IMG/VR virus record: IMGVR_UViG_3300025305_000009
DNA length: 20,000 nucleotides
DNA from: an uncultured virus (IMG/VR IMGVR_UViG_3300025305_000009)
Lineage: Duplodnaviria; Heunggongvirae; Uroviricota; Caudoviricetes
Strand: one strand, 5' to 3'
Below the pieces are notes generated by a model. That model made no database searches. It saw only the letters and a program-made list of their open reading frames with translations, and was not told the DNA's origin. The first letter of the stretch is position 1. Each line of letters starts with the position of its first letter. This document shows positions 18,501 to 20,000 of the stretch, in pieces. The position numbers and the translations under genes were made by a program.

Positions 18501-19564
18501 GATAGTGGATTCCACCGTGATCTATTAAGATTTTCACATGCTTCTCTTGATATAAGTTCTTTACACTCTAAATTATCTTCATCAGTAATATAACAACAAG
18601 AACCTATACCAAATACACTACTACATTCTTTTGTACCATAACCACGAACAGTTATAGTTGCAGACCAATTCTGACCTGCATCTTTGGACATTATATTTAT
18701 TATATCTGTACCACAAGAGAAGTATTTTTCGTCAAGTTTAACGTTTGATGGGAAATCCCAAACGTCATTATCACGGAGTATCATTGTAAAATTAATTAAT
18801 TCTCCACTCCGGAAATTGCCTGTAAATCCAGCAATCCCTATAGGACATTGTACATCAAAAATAGAACCTGCGGTAACTGCAAGTTGAATACCTTGACCTA
18901 TTTTCCGTCCAACACATGCAGAAGGATTTTCATCACACGGTTGTCCATATATACCAACAAGTTCATCTCTCTCTACAGGAGAAACATTAATTATACGATC
19001 TTCTGCGTCTAATGAAAAACGACCACCAGTATGTCCATGTCCAAATATTATTGTTCCATCATCAAATGTTAGACCAGAACCACCAATAACATTTCGTGCT
19101 GATAGATATGCAAACCGACCATCAATACCACCAGAAATACTACCATCCGTAGGTGAAAAAACATCATCTATACGAATAGTATTTTCGGTTTCAACAATTG
19201 ACAAAGAACCATCAGCAGAAATACCCTTGAACCAAAATGTAGTTCCGTCTATACTTTTAAATATACCAACACCGGAACCAAGATTTTGACCATCAGCGTT
19301 ACCGTTATTGCCCGTTGGTCCTCGCAAAGTATCTGTTTGTATTTTGATTGTACTACCATCAGAAAGGGTAACATATAATGTTTCATTGTTATCACTTGAA
19401 TAACTTGAAGAAACATAAATACCAGTTGCACCTGTTGGACCTGTTCCACCTCTTAGTCCCCCAGTTGACCCCATCGGACCAGTGGGCCCAGTAGATCCGG
19501 TGGGTCCACCTGGACCCACCTTTGGTGATGCTAAACCTATTGAACTACTTCCTATTACAGGCAT
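12515..19564 (-). CDS. Giant mosaic Cys-rich putative virion appendage protein (collagen-like N-terminus, G[AST]CC repeats, dockerin-like domain, FG-GAP propeller), 2349 aa
   Basis: Continuous 7-kb ORF in the tail-fibre/whisker position upstream of gp13. Domain motifs are visible in the translation. Confidence 0.85.
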   Translation of the reverse strand: MPVIGSSSIGLASPKVGPGGPTGSTGPTGPMGSTGGLRGGTGPTGATGIYVSSSYSSDNNETLYVTLSDGSTIKIQTDTLRGPTGNNGNADGQNLGSGVGIFKSIDGTTFWFKGISADGSLSIVETENTIRIDDVFSPTDGSISGGIDGRFAYLSARNVIGGSGLTFDDGTIIFGHGHTGGRFSLDAEDRIINVSPVERDELVGIYGQPCDENPSACVGRKIGQGIQLAVTAGSIFDVQCPIGIAGFTGNFRSGELINFTMILRDNDVWDFPSNVKLDEKYFSCGTDIINIMSKDAGQNWSATITVRGYGTKECSSVFGIGSCCYITDEDNLECKELISREACENLNRSRWNPLSSCADSCGVTAEGICCSSGSNEGSIEDGLCLTNLGQKECNQFFSHFYETFNYIERDPSNGDYRMVPLETPLPITCGGPLPCWLFDDFDTDSRCISNRGTLLGQSELTNELCSPVCSTNCFACCKDGSCIGDHSGTGVGPLSPAICRYVYGGTPIATSRDPGATGGECADCGNTDCCGAELYYGACCYPERILYDEDETTIIGIEYSHCEYSDYISCTTISPLGGTGPGVGIFLGPETTCDNSNEICCFSESEYGACCKNNGECSITSVHDCSLNTGLFMGIGTYCGYDICGEGTEDAGACCTSGILGDPLNPVCHDSLSAVECANMGGLFYTNTICPGDNSLCLDTIPPTGACCRENVPPGVPSCIVITESQCLGTNGVWHGEQHATCTQNPCSGTCCCTPPSGEPACSDSESNEMCESAGTCCCYDFDEGTYSCQNVPGEGDWDQTTCELASECEFHSGKTCGDADQCEGGNLDCQFYLGNSCGDTNPCNIGACCCPSSECEDTQESACDDLCVWHPNESCSDDPCVEVVVGACCWCCMGEQDEPLHCDDSENWNCDELTSAHCAGTGYMVCPDDELPQIPGQDNPEYHGDGSLCEDITDGCYSMPRGSCCVGMPNTAIACNNDVTEYQCENYTGAEYTFWAGPNSTCPDSDGDEYFEYTMSNFCSSGEIAPCLHRHEYLVGGGTKTRYTYFCFNGTAYDCFNMSVELVDVNNWHHFADNWSPYTGAYCKHLYCGFEEVLLGDSPSNWALWFGGTAPNEPTGVSHIYAGYPDTSSGTCCCWVDDDPIPTCAEHTDSGLVCSTTEDCWWNAGKVCGQDDSCTGGVADDNDYMRHCYYDCDCVHMYEETDPTPSYPGPYVSCRIDNNIGKGGCLGGLLRGGTPIFEDSHFPPPAVPHPEIFLPSYGPVVRNPRGEICCADEGLDGQLTFSNEFCIGGACCCPNSECEDTLESACDDLCVWHPNESCSDEPCVLGGECEVDGDCTVGEPGDIGYMSCECPTDGTDQECCCNSGVCCYPEDLSCTCATGSCVGDDDCCGDAMCCGGACCGGEDAECCFGECCGNEIIPDFGTCCCCYSNDYEECIDGLTEEECYEEGPEYQYNTGKTCADPDDRCGGGVIRPSHCCGTAEVCCPGNTACCGLSCCSPGYCCAPDAPGGNLTCCPCSCIVEQGYCDADAETENCGCGCEPMFGVGCVGECTCDDFGSCTEGTGKMMAIPIIGEENRNGEDYGSPRHIRRCPADINNDGVVNVHDILLVIDSWGQEGGPADITGDGIVGVRDLLEVISALGPCPEYETEFLTPGPGCDPDEPECFVYSNPDYNVFAWPRMFGHQISGSLVRYPEEGGLGGLGGITTGSRLSIIAPHKIGDIRYGYDGALTGTSYFYVYRLNEDEQWVQEQIEYVLPVDPYPGGPLYGKWGHKTAYPPWNDQTGSFYFGTLGDISISNDTLVLGMGQPPTTSVTDVWPLTEYIPQCGEGGEEPNPPHDQLTTGYVLNFNNNSQVWDVAARLVTPCDNNIVPPFEQSGTCGSNFYPDGNNFRGLTISSRVHVDSEKIVLGSAFHSDRNRLINCDNGGCESRPWFPGGVFVYEYDHVNNVWGLPVEECMDFEHSPSGPVYYTLPNYRLPGPSNWDEYEHNNTDEYFGSDIAIDGDRILASSSPHGFGAWGGTDQSVTSRSEFVYLYEKVAGEWEETQIFNNPQGLSGDAFGGLWDWAGVGAGSWSSYWSLGSYYNSNSLAIYGNLIAIGAPYDRTNRGEGTVSVFRNSDGRSGWNLEYVIKPGEYLPAGRFGWSVSILDENNIAIGAETQDIDGKPTQGGVHVFSYREGPGGPRWLPTKTIKSYDGDSDDRFGQGMYGSGDFLAVGAPGHYQHADNFDVDNILHYEPTALGNLSEQSKRYFGAVYLYKPYDDRSARGGRENPDSVGSWQTALNMAKTKSPKAADIILKEMNKRFGDKGKTTAYTSLSFVKLPDGVCVWMVCDSGECPYPECDSTYRYEMRNIL
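12800..14540 (-). other. FG-GAP repeat beta-propeller region within the 2349-aa ORF
   Basis: YFGSDIAIDGDRILASS, SLAIYGNLIAIGAPYD..G.VSVF, RFGWSVSILDENNIAIGAE..GGVHVF and RFGQGMYGSGDFLAVGAPG..GAVYLY. Boundaries approximate. Confidence 0.8.
14636..14797 (-). other. Dockerin-like double EF-hand domain (aa 1590-1643 of the 2349-aa ORF)
   Basis: CPADINNDGVVNVHDILLVIDSWG-QEGG-PADITGDGIVGVRDLLEVISALGPCP: two D-x-[NT]-x-D-G-x-V-x-x-x-D loops, each followed by a hydrophobic helix. Confidence 0.85.
15590..15697. repeat. 108-bp direct repeat, copy A (encodes GACCCPNSECEDTLESACDDLCVWHPNESCSDEPCV)
   Basis: Matches 16919-17026 with 3 mismatches. The offset is 1329 bp, which is in frame. Confidence 0.95.
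16919..17026. repeat. 108-bp direct repeat, copy B (encodes GACCCPSSECEDTQESACDDLCVWHPNESCSDDPCV)
   Basis: Matches 15590-15697 with 3 mismatches. Confidence 0.95.
19421..19516 (-). repeat. Short collagen-like Gly-X-Y repeat at the N-terminus of the 2349-aa ORF
   Basis: GPG GPT GST GPT GPM GST GGL R GGT GPT GAT G. Confidence 0.8.
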
Positions 19565-19598
19565 AAAGTATAACTTTCTAAAAATAAAAGATCCAATC

Positions 19599-19606
19599 TA
19601 TGTATC
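19599..19606 (-). promoter_or_regulatory. Possible late promoter variant GATACATA upstream of the 2349-aa gene
   Basis: Shares the ATACATA core with the boxes before gp13 and gp20. Intergenic and correctly oriented. Confidence 0.35.
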
Positions 19607-19624
19607 ACCGTCATTAGTCTTCGT

Positions 19625-20000
19625 CTATTCTTCAGGTTCGGGTTCTGTCCATTCTGGATCACATCCATCTTCGTCAAAGAACCCACCTCCGCAACCTCCT
19701 CCATCACCGCCCTGGCCTTGGGCACAAGTACCTGGATCACTTACTGCTGCGTCGTAATCGTTTGGCATGCAAACTGACGAGGATTCACCCGCGCCTCCTC
19801 CTCCTGGCTGACCAATATCTTCCTCTTCTTCGCCCTCTCCTGAATCTCCGGTCCACACATTGCAATCTCCATCAGTACCACCCGCACACGGAGGCAGATC
19901 GTCGCACACATCCGTACCTCCCGTACATTCCCCGGGAATATCGATAGTCCCGCCACCACCACCACCATCACCACCATCACCATCATCACCACCATCATCA
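19625..20000 (-). CDS. C-terminal part of a Gly/Asp/Cys-rich protein (runs off window end)
   Basis: The frame of the listed 94-aa ORF stays open to the window edge: ...DDGGDDGDGGDGGGGGGTIDIPGECTGGTDVCDDLPPC...EPEPEE*. Confidence 0.75.
   Translation of the reverse strand, partial: DDGGDDGDGGDGGGGGGTIDIPGECTGGTDVCDDLPPCAGGTDGDCNVWTGDSGEGEEEEDIGQPGGGGAGESSSVCMPNDYDAAVSDPGTCAQGQGGDGGGCGGGFFDEDGCDPEWTEPEPEE
19953..20000. repeat. Imperfect trinucleotide microsatellite (CCA/TCA)n encoding a Gly/Asp tract
   Basis: ccaccaccaccaccatcaccaccatcaccatcatcaccaccatcatca. Confidence 0.85.

Noticed and set aside
19598..19627. Stop-codon reassignment (TAG read-through), suggested by two in-frame TAGs
   Set aside because: All core genes are full-length under the standard code with no internal TAG/TGA, and gp19 ends normally at TAG.
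1..20000. CRISPR array, tRNA/rRNA genes, IS elements, or a tailocin/eCIS interpretation of the short sheath
   Set aside because: No spaced repeats, cloverleaf-sized free intergenic space or transposase was seen. Terminase, portal, protease and scaffold genes show this is a complete phage morphogenesis module.

Overview
This window is the virion-morphogenesis core of a T4-like (long contractile-tailed) phage, and all real genes are on the minus strand. In transcription order they are: the C-terminal end of a Gly/Asp/Cys-rich ORF, a giant 2349-aa Cys-rich mosaic protein, a 534-aa Cys-rich protein with a DUF1566/CLec-like C-terminus, a small Cys-motif protein, gp13, gp14, gp15, gp16, gp17, an unusually short gp18, gp19, gp20, three small prohead-core-type ORFs, gp21 and gp22 (partial). 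Four things stand out. (1) In the fibre/whisker slot upstream of gp13, the 2349-aa protein joins a phage-like collagen/GxTG N-terminus to G[AST]CC repeats, an internal double-EF-hand dockerin-like domain and an FG-GAP propeller. These modules resemble planctomycete (Phycisphaerae) surface proteins, and the gene has a GC-rich middle and a recent 108-bp internal duplication. (2) A variant late promoter (TATACATA) sits in the loop of an RBS-occluding hairpin before gp13 and gp20, and a sigma70-like promoter lies one gene upstream of gp13. (3) The tail sheath is a minimal 415 aa. (4) G-x-T-G motifs recur across the virion proteins. All calls come from motif recognition and gene order; no database search or folding program was run.
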